64,000 nucleotides of DNA from Coleofasciculus sp. B1-GNL1-01 (GTDB taxonomy: Bacteria; Cyanobacteriota; Cyanobacteriia; Cyanobacteriales; Coleofasciculaceae). Positions within the stretch are counted from its first letter, which is position 1. Each line of letters opens with the position of its first letter. Position numbers and translations under genes: made by a program. The notes under the pieces are model-generated. The model ran no database searches. It saw only the letters and a program-made list of their open reading frames with translations, and was not told the origin of the DNA. The stretch is from the NCBI GenBank assembly GCA_040220235.1, contig JAVJTO010000051.1, one strand, 5' to 3'. This document shows, in pieces, positions 11,254-21,509 of this stretch.

Positions 11254-12213
11254 TTAATGGGCAAACATTGGTGTACTCAGATACCGTTCTCCACCACTGG
11301 CTTGAATCACCACAATTAGGCGATCGCGATTTTCGGGACGACAACCTATCTGTAATGCAGCATACACCGCCGCCCCTGTAGAAATGCCACTGAGAATTCC
11401 TTCATCCTGCGCCAACTGACGCCCGATTTCGTAGGCTTGCGCCTCATTCACCTGCATAATTTCGTCAATCAAATTCACCCGCAACACGTCAGGAACAAAC
11501 CCCGCACCAATTCCTTGTAAATTATGGATTCCCGCAGGTTTGCCACTTAAAACCGCACTCTTAGTTGGCTCAATTGCCACAATTTTCAATTGGGGTTTTT
11601 GTTGTTTGAGATAGCGCCCCGCCCCGGTGAGTGTCCCCCCTGTGCCAACGCCTAGCACAAGATACTCAATTTGTCCATCTGTCCCTTGCCAAATCTCTGG
11701 TCCCGTGGTTTGATAATGGATTTTCGGGTTAGCGGGATTACTAAATTGTTGTGGGGAAAACGTATTTGGGAGAGTCGCCAGCAACTCATTCGCCCGGGCG
11801 ATCGCGCCAGCCATATCTGCTTTAGCAGGTGTCAGCATAACCTCCGCACCGTAGGCTTTCACCAATTGCTGACGCTCACGGCTCATATTTTCTGGCATGG
11901 TTAAAATTAAACGATATCCCTTAGCCGCACAAACCATGGCTAAACCAATACCCGTATTCCCCGATGTCGCCTCAATAATCGTCGAAACTCCCGGCTGAAT
12001 CAATCCCGCCTCCTCCGCCTCCGCAACCATACTAATCGCGATTCTGTCTTTAATCGATTTGGCTGGATTCATCCCCTCCAGTTTTAAGACAATTGTGGCG
12101 ACGCAGCCGTGACGTTGAGGAAGGCGTTGAAGTTGCACCAGGGAAGTGCTACCGATAACATCTGTAATATTCGAGTAAATTTTCATAGATGGCAGATGGA
12201 AGTACAATTTCAC
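11254..12213 (-). CDS. cysK: Cysteine synthase A
   Basis: KLEGMNPAKSIKDRIA (PLP lysine); EATSGNTG; GVGTGGT; QGIGAGF; SGGERYLST. Confidence 0.95.
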   Translation of the reverse strand: MKLYFHLPSMKIYSNITDVIGSTSLVQLQRLPQRHGCVATIVLKLEGMNPAKSIKDRIAISMVAEAEEAGLIQPGVSTIIEATSGNTGIGLAMVCAAKGYRLILTMPENMSRERQQLVKAYGAEVMLTPAKADMAGAIARANELLATLPNTFSPQQFSNPANPKIHYQTTGPEIWQGTDGQIEYLVLGVGTGGTLTGAGRYLKQQKPQLKIVAIEPTKSAVLSGKPAGIHNLQGIGAGFVPDVLRVNLIDEIMQVNEAQAYEIGRQLAQDEGILSGISTGAAVYAALQIGCRPENRDRLIVVIQASGGERYLSTPMFAH

Positions 12214-12226
12214 TTACTATAAAGTC

Positions 12227-12628
12227 TTAGGGAAATAAACCTAAACGAATCCATAGTTGCCTTGCTGTTACTTGTGCTTGACTGTTCATCTCTAAATACG
12301 CGATCGCGACTCTTCCAATAGGTGTTTTCGCCACCAATTTTCCCGAATCGCTGTCTACTTGGAAATGATCATCCCACAAGTCTTGTCTGGGATGAAACAG
12401 ACGAACTTCCCGATTGGATTCAGGATCGAGTCCACTGATACGAGTTCCTTTACGCAGATTGCAGGAGCGACAAGCAAGAGCCAGATTGAATTCAGCATTA
12501 GCGCCGCCTCGGTAAAGGGGTATGATGTGTTCGACTTCAAACGGAAAGTTGAATACCAGTTCAGGAGCATGACAATATTCACAGCGATGAAAGGCACGAT
12601 CAGCAACTAGAGTATAGAAAGGATTCAT
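12227..12628 (-). CDS. HNH endonuclease
   Basis: RCEYC..EVEHIIP..GG..NLALACRSCNLRKG..RLFHPR. Confidence 0.9.
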   Translation of the reverse strand: MNPFYTLVADRAFHRCEYCHAPELVFNFPFEVEHIIPLYRGGANAEFNLALACRSCNLRKGTRISGLDPESNREVRLFHPRQDLWDDHFQVDSDSGKLVAKTPIGRVAIAYLEMNSQAQVTARQLWIRLGLFP

Positions 12629-13014
12629 GGGTTCAGTTGCTGTATCAAAGCGGCGGTTCGGGCTGTGGCGGCTTTCAATTCAGCCTCGACAAGACTATCT
12701 AACTCCGCTTGTTGTTCTGGAGGTAGCGTCTGTCCCTGATCGCGGGCTGTTCGCCACCGATTTATCAACTTAGATAAACGCTGTTGCTCAACTTCACTAA
12801 AAAACCAGTCAGGACGAAAGCTTTGGAGAATCAGTAGAGTACCTAATTCACCTCCTTCTAGCTGGGCGGTCAATGCATCTAACGCTTCACCTGCGGTTTT
12901 ACCAGTGGATTGCTTATCACCTGCAATCGCTCGATAAAGCCTCTCACCGCTTGCATCGGATACTGGCAAGATAGCAACTGTAGTCATGTCTTTACTTGAG
13001 AGTCTCTTGCTCAC
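12625..13014 (-). CDS. Hypothetical protein overlapping the HNH gene (possible antitoxin)
   Basis: 4-bp ATGA overlap; GKTAGEALDAL and EQQRLSKL..LPPEQQAELDSL helical motifs. Confidence 0.65.
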   Translation of the reverse strand: MSKRLSSKDMTTVAILPVSDASGERLYRAIAGDKQSTGKTAGEALDALTAQLEGGELGTLLILQSFRPDWFFSEVEQQRLSKLINRWRTARDQGQTLPPEQQAELDSLVEAELKAATARTAALIQQLNP

Positions 13015-13074
13015 TAATTATAGTTTATAGTTGGTTCGTCATTGCGCTGTCTTCGCTTACCTAAACACTGAAAT

Positions 13075-15732
13075 TCACCCGATCATTAATTGAAAGAAAA
13101 CCACGGTAAAACCAGCCATCAGCACCAAATGAGGTAAATTGTTCCAGAACGGACGTTGGGTAATTTTTAACAACGGATAGATACTGAACGCTAAAAGTGA
13201 AAGCAACGTCACCCCCTGTAAAAAACTCGCCACATCCATACTCCAGGTTAACGTTGGCCAATTCACCCCAGAATAGCCAAAAGTACGAGCCATAACAGGT
13301 AAAATTTGACCTGCTTCCGTAATTCCGGCTGGCACATAATAGGCTAAGTTCGCCGCTAACACCATGGGCAGATAGGCATAAATGACCCTTAAATAATCCG
13401 GCATTTCTTGGTCAAATAGACGCGCCAGTTGATGGGTCAAATAGGTCGCGACAAAGGGAATCAGCAGCAATAACGTCACCACAGGGAACGCCGTCAATAA
13501 ATGCTCAGAATCTAAGGGTATATTTCCCAAACCCAACCACCCCAGAATCCGGTGCGAATAGTGCATAAAGACGCCGCCAAATAAGAGCAACATCAATGCC
13601 ACTTCTGCCCAAAATCCTTGATGATTCTCCAATAAATCCGCCGCCGGAAATCGCAAATTGAATTGCGCTGAACGGTTCGGACAAGCCTTAAGACAGGTCA
13701 TACATAACACACAATCTCGATTATCCTGTAACTGAGCCGGATGAGAATAGAGAGGACATCCTCCTGTGGCTTGTCCTTCATTCGGTAAGGGATTCCTAAA
13801 ATTAACGGGTGTCGCCTCACTACCTTTATAACAACCAAACGTACTGCATTGACTCCCACAAACTTGCTGAACCGATCGCACTTCAATCATAGAAAGTTTG
13901 GCAAACATCCCATTCATCCCACCAATGGGACAGAGATAGCGACACCAGAGGCGGCGTTCATAAATGACACTACAAATCACCGCACCCGCAGCAATGGCGA
14001 CTAATAGCCAAGAGGACAGGTAAGGCGTATGAGGTAAATCCCAGAGTTTCTCCCACAAATAAATCGCCACAAATCCGGCAAATAACACCCAAGCGCCCCA
14101 TTTATTTAACCATTTCGTGGACCACGGTAAGAGTTGGCGCGGAAATATCCACAGGGAGACTTTTCTAATCCATTCCCCTGTAATCATAAACGGACATATT
14201 GCACACCAAAGGCGACCGACAAAGGCAAATAAAAAGAGGTAGAGGGGCCACCACCACGCCCAGAAAAAATTCAACGTAATACTGGCATCTCGGCTTTGCG
14301 GACCGATATATCCCATCACTGTCACTGGGATAAAAATTGCCATGACGATAAACCAGAACCGTTGGGGCCACCAGTCACTTAAGAGAAATTTACGTAACCA
14401 AGGTAGTTGGTTGAGTAAATCGACGCGGAAGGCATTTTTCTTTGATTCTACAGACCAAAGAACCTGTTCTGGAATCACCGATTGTCCGGCGGGTGTCATC
14501 AAGACGGCGCGTTGCAGGATTCCTGCGAGTTCGGCAATATTTCCGGGATAATCATAACTGATTAATCGGCGCAAATTGGCTTGATCCAGTTGCAGGATTT
14601 CCTCGCGTTGGCGACAGAATTTATGGAGGAAATAGCGAGCAAATTCGGGAATATCTCCTTTACGTTGGGGGAGGCTAAAGAGTTTGATGGTATGAACATC
14701 TACCCCAGACAAGGCGATTTTTTGGGGACTGGCGAGGATCAGGCGCACCCAGGATTGGACAAGGGGTGGCGGTGAGGATTCCTCAGGTTCGGGGTTGGGA
14801 TTGGGGGTAAAGCTGCCTGTTTTGATAAAGTGAATTAGGCGATCGCGCTCTTGAGGGGTTAAGAGATGGACATTATCAATCAGTAAACTCCCCCGTTCAA
14901 GTAGTTCAATCACCCCCAGTTGTTCTCCCTGTTTACCAAATAGGGCATCGGTATTCACGACACCCGCTTCAGTTTTGGGTAACTCAGCGCAGTCAATTTC
15001 GGCAAACTGACGGTTTTGCAGGGATGAACCAGCATGAATTAACCCCGCCAAGAAGGTTTTGCCACTCCCGGCTGGGGCTTGAAACATGACAGGTTTTAGG
15101 TCATCCTGGGCTTGTTGAATCTGCGATCGCAGTTTTTTGGTGGCTTTACTCGTACCGATGATATCTTCTCCCCTGGGTACGGGCTGAATATAGCGCTGTA
15201 ACCCCTGAATTCTCGCCTGTTCCTTTGCCATTCGCATGGCAAAGTTGGCTAAGTCTTGCGCCAATAGGGTATTAATTGCCCCTTGAAAGTCTGGATAGGT
15301 GCGACAGAGGGTACGAAACTCAGTTTGTCCGAGGAACCAAATTTCACTCTTCGTCAGGGCGACGGCGCTGGCGCGATAGCTAGCGGTGTCTTGGTTTTCT
15401 ACTAATGGCACATAGCCAAAGGTTTCCCCCGCATTGCGATAAGTAATATGGGTTCTACCCACCAGAGAATGGCGATAAATCTCCACAGTTCCCCATTTGA
15501 GTAGATACAAACCCGCTGGCTGTAATCCTTGGCGATAGATTTCGCGATTCGGTTCCACTGTCAAGGGTTTAAAAGCCCTCGCCATGGCTTGAATCGCAGC
15601 GTCGCTAAGTTCTCCCCAAACTCGGTGAAAACTCAACCAGTTACAGCATTCCTGAATTGCTTGATCATCTAGAGTAGTTCCGACATCATGGGTAGGTTGG
15701 AGAGGGAGTTGTTCAATTGGGCTGGCTGACAT
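13075..15732 (-). CDS. cNMP-binding + degenerate sigma54-activator-type AAA+ + membrane 4Fe-4S domain protein
   Basis: Crp-like GLYLLKWGTVEI..GETFG; APAGSGKT; YDYPGNIAEL; GRLWCAICPF, RLWCRYLCPIG, DCVLCMTCLKACP. Confidence 0.85.
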   Translation of the reverse strand: MSASPIEQLPLQPTHDVGTTLDDQAIQECCNWLSFHRVWGELSDAAIQAMARAFKPLTVEPNREIYRQGLQPAGLYLLKWGTVEIYRHSLVGRTHITYRNAGETFGYVPLVENQDTASYRASAVALTKSEIWFLGQTEFRTLCRTYPDFQGAINTLLAQDLANFAMRMAKEQARIQGLQRYIQPVPRGEDIIGTSKATKKLRSQIQQAQDDLKPVMFQAPAGSGKTFLAGLIHAGSSLQNRQFAEIDCAELPKTEAGVVNTDALFGKQGEQLGVIELLERGSLLIDNVHLLTPQERDRLIHFIKTGSFTPNPNPEPEESSPPPLVQSWVRLILASPQKIALSGVDVHTIKLFSLPQRKGDIPEFARYFLHKFCRQREEILQLDQANLRRLISYDYPGNIAELAGILQRAVLMTPAGQSVIPEQVLWSVESKKNAFRVDLLNQLPWLRKFLLSDWWPQRFWFIVMAIFIPVTVMGYIGPQSRDASITLNFFWAWWWPLYLFLFAFVGRLWCAICPFMITGEWIRKVSLWIFPRQLLPWSTKWLNKWGAWVLFAGFVAIYLWEKLWDLPHTPYLSSWLLVAIAAGAVICSVIYERRLWCRYLCPIGGMNGMFAKLSMIEVRSVQQVCGSQCSTFGCYKGSEATPVNFRNPLPNEGQATGGCPLYSHPAQLQDNRDCVLCMTCLKACPNRSAQFNLRFPAADLLENHQGFWAEVALMLLLFGGVFMHYSHRILGWLGLGNIPLDSEHLLTAFPVVTLLLLIPFVATYLTHQLARLFDQEMPDYLRVIYAYLPMVLAANLAYYVPAGITEAGQILPVMARTFGYSGVNWPTLTWSMDVASFLQGVTLLSLLAFSIYPLLKITQRPFWNNLPHLVLMAGFTVVFFQLMIG

Positions 15733-15820
15733 AAATTCGCCCCGGAAAACCTTAAATACGTTTTAACTTATCGGTTATTGACAAAGGACCAATGACCAAT
15801 GATCAATGACAAATAACCCG

Positions 15821-16405
15821 TTACAATCGACTGTAACAGCGCTCAAACGCAGGTAAATGGCGATTAGCGGAAGCGTCACGCAATTGGGAGAAAGCTGCAA
15901 CGATATCAGGTTCCTGGACAAAGGATAAGAAGCGATCGTACATTTTGAGATTCTCGATTTCGCCGTCTATGCTGATTTGACAGGCGGTTTTTAGGCTATC
16001 GGGTGCCTCAATCGTTCCAGTAAACGTATCTGCTGGTACTGGCACTCCATACTTCATGAACAGGGCTGCCAATCGTTGAGCGTGTCTGGCTTCGGCGTGA
16101 ACAATATTACTAAATGGTCGCACACTACCGAACTTATTGATAACCGCTTCGTAGAAAGCGCGGGCTTTATATTCATCTTCGATGGCTTCAACCAACGCGG
16201 CTTGGGTTTCGGAGTTGAGTTGATTCACAACATGACTGGGTTGTGAAAAGCCTCTCTCCTTGCAGGAGAGAGGTTGTCTAGATCCCGTCAAAAGTAAGGG
16301 GAATCGACACCCTCTGCGTCGTCGCCCATGGTTGCCCGTCTCCAGGGTTGTCTGACGATACCGACAATGCCTGTGCTGCCGTTGGTTATGGTGAAGGTTA
16401 TTCAT
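15821..16405 (-). CDS. Ferritin-like (DUF2202-type) protein
   Basis: EDEYKARAFY..PFSNIVHAEARH..EIENLKMYDRFL..LRDASANRHLPAFERC. Confidence 0.8.
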   Translation of the reverse strand: MNNLHHNQRQHRHCRYRQTTLETGNHGRRRRGCRFPLLLTGSRQPLSCKERGFSQPSHVVNQLNSETQAALVEAIEDEYKARAFYEAVINKFGSVRPFSNIVHAEARHAQRLAALFMKYGVPVPADTFTGTIEAPDSLKTACQISIDGEIENLKMYDRFLSFVQEPDIVAAFSQLRDASANRHLPAFERCYSRL

Positions 16406-16529
16406 GGAGGTTTTCCTATCTATATCTCTATCGTTGCCTGATCCAGGAATCGACGAGGCATTACTGTAAATTTTCTTCTAATTATTTTATATCACTATAA
16501 AGTTATTTAACAATCTTATTGTTTCATAC

Positions 16530-17990
16530 TTAATCTCTCCCATCTCCCCTATCTCCCCCATCTCCCCCATCTCTTAACGTTTCCGTATTCCGGCGTTCGA
16601 TGAGTTTTAGGAGGATTTCGCCATGGAAGGAACGACTAATCGGATAGAAGTACGCCCAAGCTAAACCGCCCATGAGGACAATAGCGGGAATCGGACCAAT
16701 CAGCAGACGAATCGTCCACAACGCGGATTCTGGTTGAGTCGTGGGTAACTGTTCAGATGTGCTGGAGATAAACCCCGACATATCTAGGGCTTTACCCACG
16801 AGGAATAGTGCGATCGCGACGGCAATTTTGTGTATTTGTACCACTAACCCATAGAAAATACCCTCCCGTCGTTGTCCGGTGTTGAGTTCGTCGAAATCAA
16901 CAACATCGGGAAGCATTGACCAGGGTACAATGTAAGCCGTGGACAAACCCAGCCCCACAAATACCGCCAGAACATACATTAATCCCACTTGATTGGGTTG
17001 TAAGAAACACAGTCCCAGCAACGCGCATAAGCTAAACGGGATACCCATGCCATAGATAGCCCGTTTACCCACACGTTTCGCGATCGCACTCCAGACAAAT
17101 GTCATGCTTAGGGCTGTCCCTTGAACGGTTAGGGCGGTTTGGGTAAAGTGGTGATCCGGTAATCCCATCCAATGAATCACAAAATAGGGCAGAATCGCCG
17201 CCGTTGTTTGCAGACTTAACCAAGAACACAAATAAATCCCAATTACACAAATAAACGGGAAGTTACTGAACGCAATCCGAAACTGTTGGGTGATGGGTAA
17301 AAACGATACTTGAGTCACGGATTCCCGTTGGGCTTCAATTTGCTTATAACGCTTATACGTTCCCCAAACACACAGGAAAATCGCTAACGTGGCGACGATT
17401 GCACAAATTGTTCCCAGAATCCGATACTCTTGAGACGGATCATCAATCTGGGCAAAAATAATCTGGGCTAAACCCAGCGAGAAAATACTTGCACCGATAC
17501 TAAACGCGGCTTTAACGCCAATTAAACCAATGCGCTCATCATAGCTTTGAGTGAGTTCAGCCGCTAACGCATTATGGGTGAGAACAACCGAGGTAAACGC
17601 GGCATAAAATAGAATCCCAATTCCGCCATAATAGGCAAACAGTAGCCATTGATTTGAGGTAGGCGGAACAAACCACTGTAAGCCAAAGCCAATCCCCAAG
17701 GGAATCGCCCCAATCAGCATCCACGGGTAACGCCGCCCTAACGGGGAACGAGTGCGATCGCTCAAATACCCGATCATCGGATCATTAATCGCATCCCAAA
17801 CCTTGCCAATCAGCAAAACACTCCCCGCCAAGGTGGGATTTAACCCCGCGACATTGGTGAGAAAAAACAGCAAGAAAAAGACTAAGATGTTACCCGGAAT
17901 CTCTCCTCCCAGTTCTCCAACTCCATAAGCGAGTTTGGTGGGCAAATTCAAGGGTTCACTGGGAGTTTTCTGGGGAAAAGGGTTAGCCAT
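16530..17990 (-). CDS. MFS glycoside-pentoside-hexuronide (MelB-like) symporter
   Basis: KVWDAINDPMIGYLSDRTRSPLGRRYPW; MLPDVVDFDELNTGQRREGIFYG. Confidence 0.9.
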   Translation of the reverse strand: MANPFPQKTPSEPLNLPTKLAYGVGELGGEIPGNILVFFLLFFLTNVAGLNPTLAGSVLLIGKVWDAINDPMIGYLSDRTRSPLGRRYPWMLIGAIPLGIGFGLQWFVPPTSNQWLLFAYYGGIGILFYAAFTSVVLTHNALAAELTQSYDERIGLIGVKAAFSIGASIFSLGLAQIIFAQIDDPSQEYRILGTICAIVATLAIFLCVWGTYKRYKQIEAQRESVTQVSFLPITQQFRIAFSNFPFICVIGIYLCSWLSLQTTAAILPYFVIHWMGLPDHHFTQTALTVQGTALSMTFVWSAIAKRVGKRAIYGMGIPFSLCALLGLCFLQPNQVGLMYVLAVFVGLGLSTAYIVPWSMLPDVVDFDELNTGQRREGIFYGLVVQIHKIAVAIALFLVGKALDMSGFISSTSEQLPTTQPESALWTIRLLIGPIPAIVLMGGLAWAYFYPISRSFHGEILLKLIERRNTETLRDGGDGGDRGDGRD

Positions 17991-18102
17991 CAGGGAAGTT
18001 TACCACTCATTTTGAGCGATCATCTCACTTCTGATGGCAGATGACAAGGTTGTCCTTTGTCCGTCGTCCTTCGTCCTTTGTCCTGAGTTCACAGGTTATC
18101 AA

Positions 18103-18438
18103 TTAATTATCATGCATTTCTGCGACTTCGTGCAGCGACTTTTCAAATTCCATGCGCTGTTGAGCATTGCGGAGAAAGTAACCGCTCATCATCGCAGAAA
18201 CTAATAACCGACTCAGATTTTCGCGGTTGGTCGTAACAGTGACATTAAAATGTTCGTGAGGGAGTGCGCCTAACATTCCGATTAGGTTACGTTCCATCAC
18301 CTGAACCACTTCCGGATCGGGTTTAGAGAGTTGGGCGACGGTTTCTGGATGCAGAGACTGGACATATTGCCAGAGTAAGTTACCGCCTTCGCCGTCGTGA
18401 TCAAATAATTCTGGAACTCGATTGGGCAGATTGTTCAT
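18103..18438 (-). CDS. DUF760 family protein
   Basis: NLLWQYVQSL..LGALPHEHFNVTVTTNRENLSRLLVSAMMSGYFLRNAQQR. Confidence 0.85.
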   Translation of the reverse strand: MNNLPNRVPELFDHDGEGGNLLWQYVQSLHPETVAQLSKPDPEVVQVMERNLIGMLGALPHEHFNVTVTTNRENLSRLLVSAMMSGYFLRNAQQRMEFEKSLHEVAEMHDN

Positions 18439-18699
18439 GGTGATAATCGAATTTGGGTAGTGTCGTTTGTTTTCCTATCTCTTATCTATTACTTTAAACA
18501 ATCTTCTAGTCCTCGCCTAGTGAGTGCAACCGAACACCTGTGGCGGATTTTACGACGTGATGAACCCTAGACGCACATTAGCCCAGCATAGACAATCTAA
18601 CATCTAATCAGACAACTTCCAATACGGAATTCAAAGCCTCTCTCCTTGCAGGAGAGAGGTTTGGAGAGAGGTTTTCCAAATCTCGACCAAAAGTAAGTT

Positions 18700-19527
18700 T
18701 TACAACTCCATCTCCCCCAAGACAACACCCCTCACCACTTCCGCCCAACCCTGAGAACCGGGTGCGGGTGCGACTTGCCATCCTTTACCGGATAATCCGG
18801 GATGAATCCCTTTATTTCCGGGAACAATGATGGGAATATCCACCGCTTCCAGCATCTCCAAGTCATTGGGACTATTGCCTAAACCCAGGGTAGTAATTTT
18901 GGCATCGGGTTGAGCAGATTGGTAGGAATCTACCAACCACTGTACCGCTTTTCCTTTACCTGCCCCAGCACCAATCAAATGACAGAAGCGATCGCCAACA
19001 ACTATCCGGTATCCTAAGTCTTGTACAATCTCGTTCAGGCGTTCTGGTGTCGTTTTGTCTGGAGTCAGAAAGGGTTCGGTAAACTCCCGCGCCTTGGCTT
19101 GTTTGGCTTCATCCCAGGACAATCCTGTCAAGTGACAAATTTCGGCTTCACTCATATCCCCAAATCCCCGCAAGGGTTCATTGAGAACGGTGGCTATTTT
19201 CTCTAATCCCCGTCTTGCTTCAGCATAAGTACAACCTAAGCGATGCAGATGATAACCCGCCCATGGGTTACTTTTGGGTAAGGTTAAGGGGTTATAATCG
19301 AGGGGAACAAAGATACCGCTACCATTTTCCACAATAAACGGATGATTGAGTTTCAGAGATTGGCATAGCGTTTCGACTTCTAGGCGTGTCTTACTGGTAA
19401 CCGGAATAACCGGAACCTGATTATCCTTTAAGGTATTGAGAACAGGAATAGCCTTCTGATAACTATAAGTTTCAGAATCCAGAAGTGTGCCATCTAAGTC
19501 GGTAAAAATAATTAAAAATTTTTTCAT
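18700..19527 (-). CDS. HAD-IIB mannosyl/glucosyl-3-phosphoglycerate phosphatase (MpgP/GpgP family)
   Basis: FTDLDGTLLD; TSKTRLE; FIVENG; REFTEPF; LGNSPNDLEML. Confidence 0.85.
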   Translation of the reverse strand: MKKFLIIFTDLDGTLLDSETYSYQKAIPVLNTLKDNQVPVIPVTSKTRLEVETLCQSLKLNHPFIVENGSGIFVPLDYNPLTLPKSNPWAGYHLHRLGCTYAEARRGLEKIATVLNEPLRGFGDMSEAEICHLTGLSWDEAKQAKAREFTEPFLTPDKTTPERLNEIVQDLGYRIVVGDRFCHLIGAGAGKGKAVQWLVDSYQSAQPDAKITTLGLGNSPNDLEMLEAVDIPIIVPGNKGIHPGLSGKGWQVAPAPGSQGWAEVVRGVVLGEMEL

Positions 19528-19796
19528 CTTTCATCCTATCAATTCTATTGTAGGGCTAGGTCTAGGAACTGTAGGAGCGGGTTTATCAACTTAAATCAGC
19601 TAATCAGAAATAACGGAACAACAAAACCCGCCCTTGTCAGAAATAACAAAACAAAAAAACGCCCTGATTCATCAGTCTTAAGTCATAAAATACGGAATTA
19701 AAAATTGTAAACTATTTCAATCCATCCAGGATAGGAGCATCACCGAAAACGTTCAGGAGTCAACTGATATACTTAAGAGAACTTAACCACAGACAT

Positions 19797-21509
19797 CTAC
19801 TCACCACCCTGAATGAAATCAGCCTGACGAAGCTGCGCGATCGCGACTCGGTTTTGCTGTAGATTATCTTGGTGTGATTGCTCCTCCTGCATCATCTGTT
19901 CAATATCTTCCTCTTCCCGTTCTAGCTGTGCTTGTAAGGCGGTGATTTGGGATTGGATAATCGCTTTCTGGCGGACAAAATCACGGCGCTTGCGCTCAAA
20001 TTCCTGTTTTCGAGTCACGTTCACGGCTTTTTCTTTTTCCTCTTGAATCCTTCGCGCCGTACCCGTCAGCACCATCCCTTCTCCCAAATAGACATCGACT
20101 AACTCGACTCCCTGCTTGGTTAATTTTAATTCCCGCACCTGATTGGAGTGTTGCATTCCACGAGATTTGAGGATAAAAAATACACGATTGCGTTCGCCAT
20201 TACTCTCCACAAAGCGCACCTCCAGCCAGGTATCCATTAACGAGGAAACGCCGATCTCAGTCTGCTCAACAGGCATCCCCCCTTGGATTAAATTCGTCAA
20301 AAAAACCGTAATTTGTTGGGATTTAAGCAGATCAATCAGACGGAAGAGAAAGGCTTTTGCCTGTAAGAGAGTACCGCCCATCGTCAGATTACTCATCGGG
20401 TCAATAATCACAACCGTGGGCTGAAACTCTTGAATTAAACTGTGGATTTGTACCAGGTGCATTTCTAAGCCATAAGCCGTCGGACGTCTCGCCTGAAACC
20501 GTAACAAGCCTTGGTTGACAAATTCCGGTAAATTAATGCCAACCGATTGCATATTGCGGATAATTTGCTGCGGGGCTTCTTCAAAGGCAAAATAGAGACA
20601 GCGTTCACCCCGCCGACAGGTGGCTTCAGCAAAATGTGCCGCCAACGTCGTTTTTCCCGTTCCCGCTGTACCTGTGATCAGAATACTGCTACCACGAAAA
20701 TATCCCTCTCCTCCCAGCATAGTGTCGAGGCGTTCAATCCCACTCGATATCCGTTCGTGGATTACGGTATGATCTAATCCCACGGATGTAATCGGCAATA
20801 CAGTAATCCCGTCTGAATTAATCAGAAAGGGATAGTCATTTGTCCCATGACTAGACCCCCGGTACTTGACAATTTGCAACTTACGGGTTGAAATATCTTC
20901 GTAGAGACGGTGATCAAGGCGAATCACGCAATCAGAAACATACTCTTCAATGCCATAACGAGTCAGAGAGTTCTCCCCTTTTTCCCCGGTAACAATTGCC
21001 GTAACCCCTTTCGTTTTCAACCAGCGAAATAACCGCCGCAACTCTGCCCGAACAATCGCGGTATTGGACAAGCCAGAAAACAGCACTTCAACGGTATCCA
21101 GGACAACTCGCTTGGCATCGATGGCGTCAATGGCACTACTGAGGCGAATAAATAAAGCTTCTAAATCATAATCCCCAGTTTCTTCAATCTCCTGCGGATC
21201 AATATAAACATAATCAATCAAGAGTTTTTCCGTTGCCGTCAATTCTTCTAAATCCCAACCTAAAGAGGCGACATTTTGCGTCAATTCTGCCGCTGTTTCT
21301 TCAAACGCCATGAACACACCCGGTTCTGAGTAGTCTAGGATACCTCGTACTATAAACTCCATCCCCATTAACGTCTTTCCACACCCGGCTGTTCCACAAA
21401 CCAGAGTTGTTCGTCCTAAAGGCAATCCGCCATCAGTAATTTCGTCTAATCCTTTGATCCCGGTTGGGCATTTGCAAAGTTGATTTTTGGCTAATGTAGT
21501 TTTTGACAC
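19797..21509 (-). CDS. kaiC: KaiC homologue (KaiC2-type), no adjacent kaiA/kaiB
   Basis: Two RecA-like domains (GTAGCGKT, GTAGTGKT); EE motifs; KYRGSSH and KSRGMQHSNQVRE; phosphosite context VSSLMD; C-terminal coiled coil. Confidence 0.9.
   Translation of the reverse strand: MSKTTLAKNQLCKCPTGIKGLDEITDGGLPLGRTTLVCGTAGCGKTLMGMEFIVRGILDYSEPGVFMAFEETAAELTQNVASLGWDLEELTATEKLLIDYVYIDPQEIEETGDYDLEALFIRLSSAIDAIDAKRVVLDTVEVLFSGLSNTAIVRAELRRLFRWLKTKGVTAIVTGEKGENSLTRYGIEEYVSDCVIRLDHRLYEDISTRKLQIVKYRGSSHGTNDYPFLINSDGITVLPITSVGLDHTVIHERISSGIERLDTMLGGEGYFRGSSILITGTAGTGKTTLAAHFAEATCRRGERCLYFAFEEAPQQIIRNMQSVGINLPEFVNQGLLRFQARRPTAYGLEMHLVQIHSLIQEFQPTVVIIDPMSNLTMGGTLLQAKAFLFRLIDLLKSQQITVFLTNLIQGGMPVEQTEIGVSSLMDTWLEVRFVESNGERNRVFFILKSRGMQHSNQVRELKLTKQGVELVDVYLGEGMVLTGTARRIQEEKEKAVNVTRKQEFERKRRDFVRQKAIIQSQITALQAQLEREEEDIEQMMQEEQSHQDNLQQNRVAIAQLRQADFIQGGE

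Noticed and set aside
16530..16575. DGGDGGDRGDGRD tail of the MFS transporter
   Set aside because: Read-through into a short tandem repeat (TCTCCCCA-type) common in filamentous cyanobacteria.
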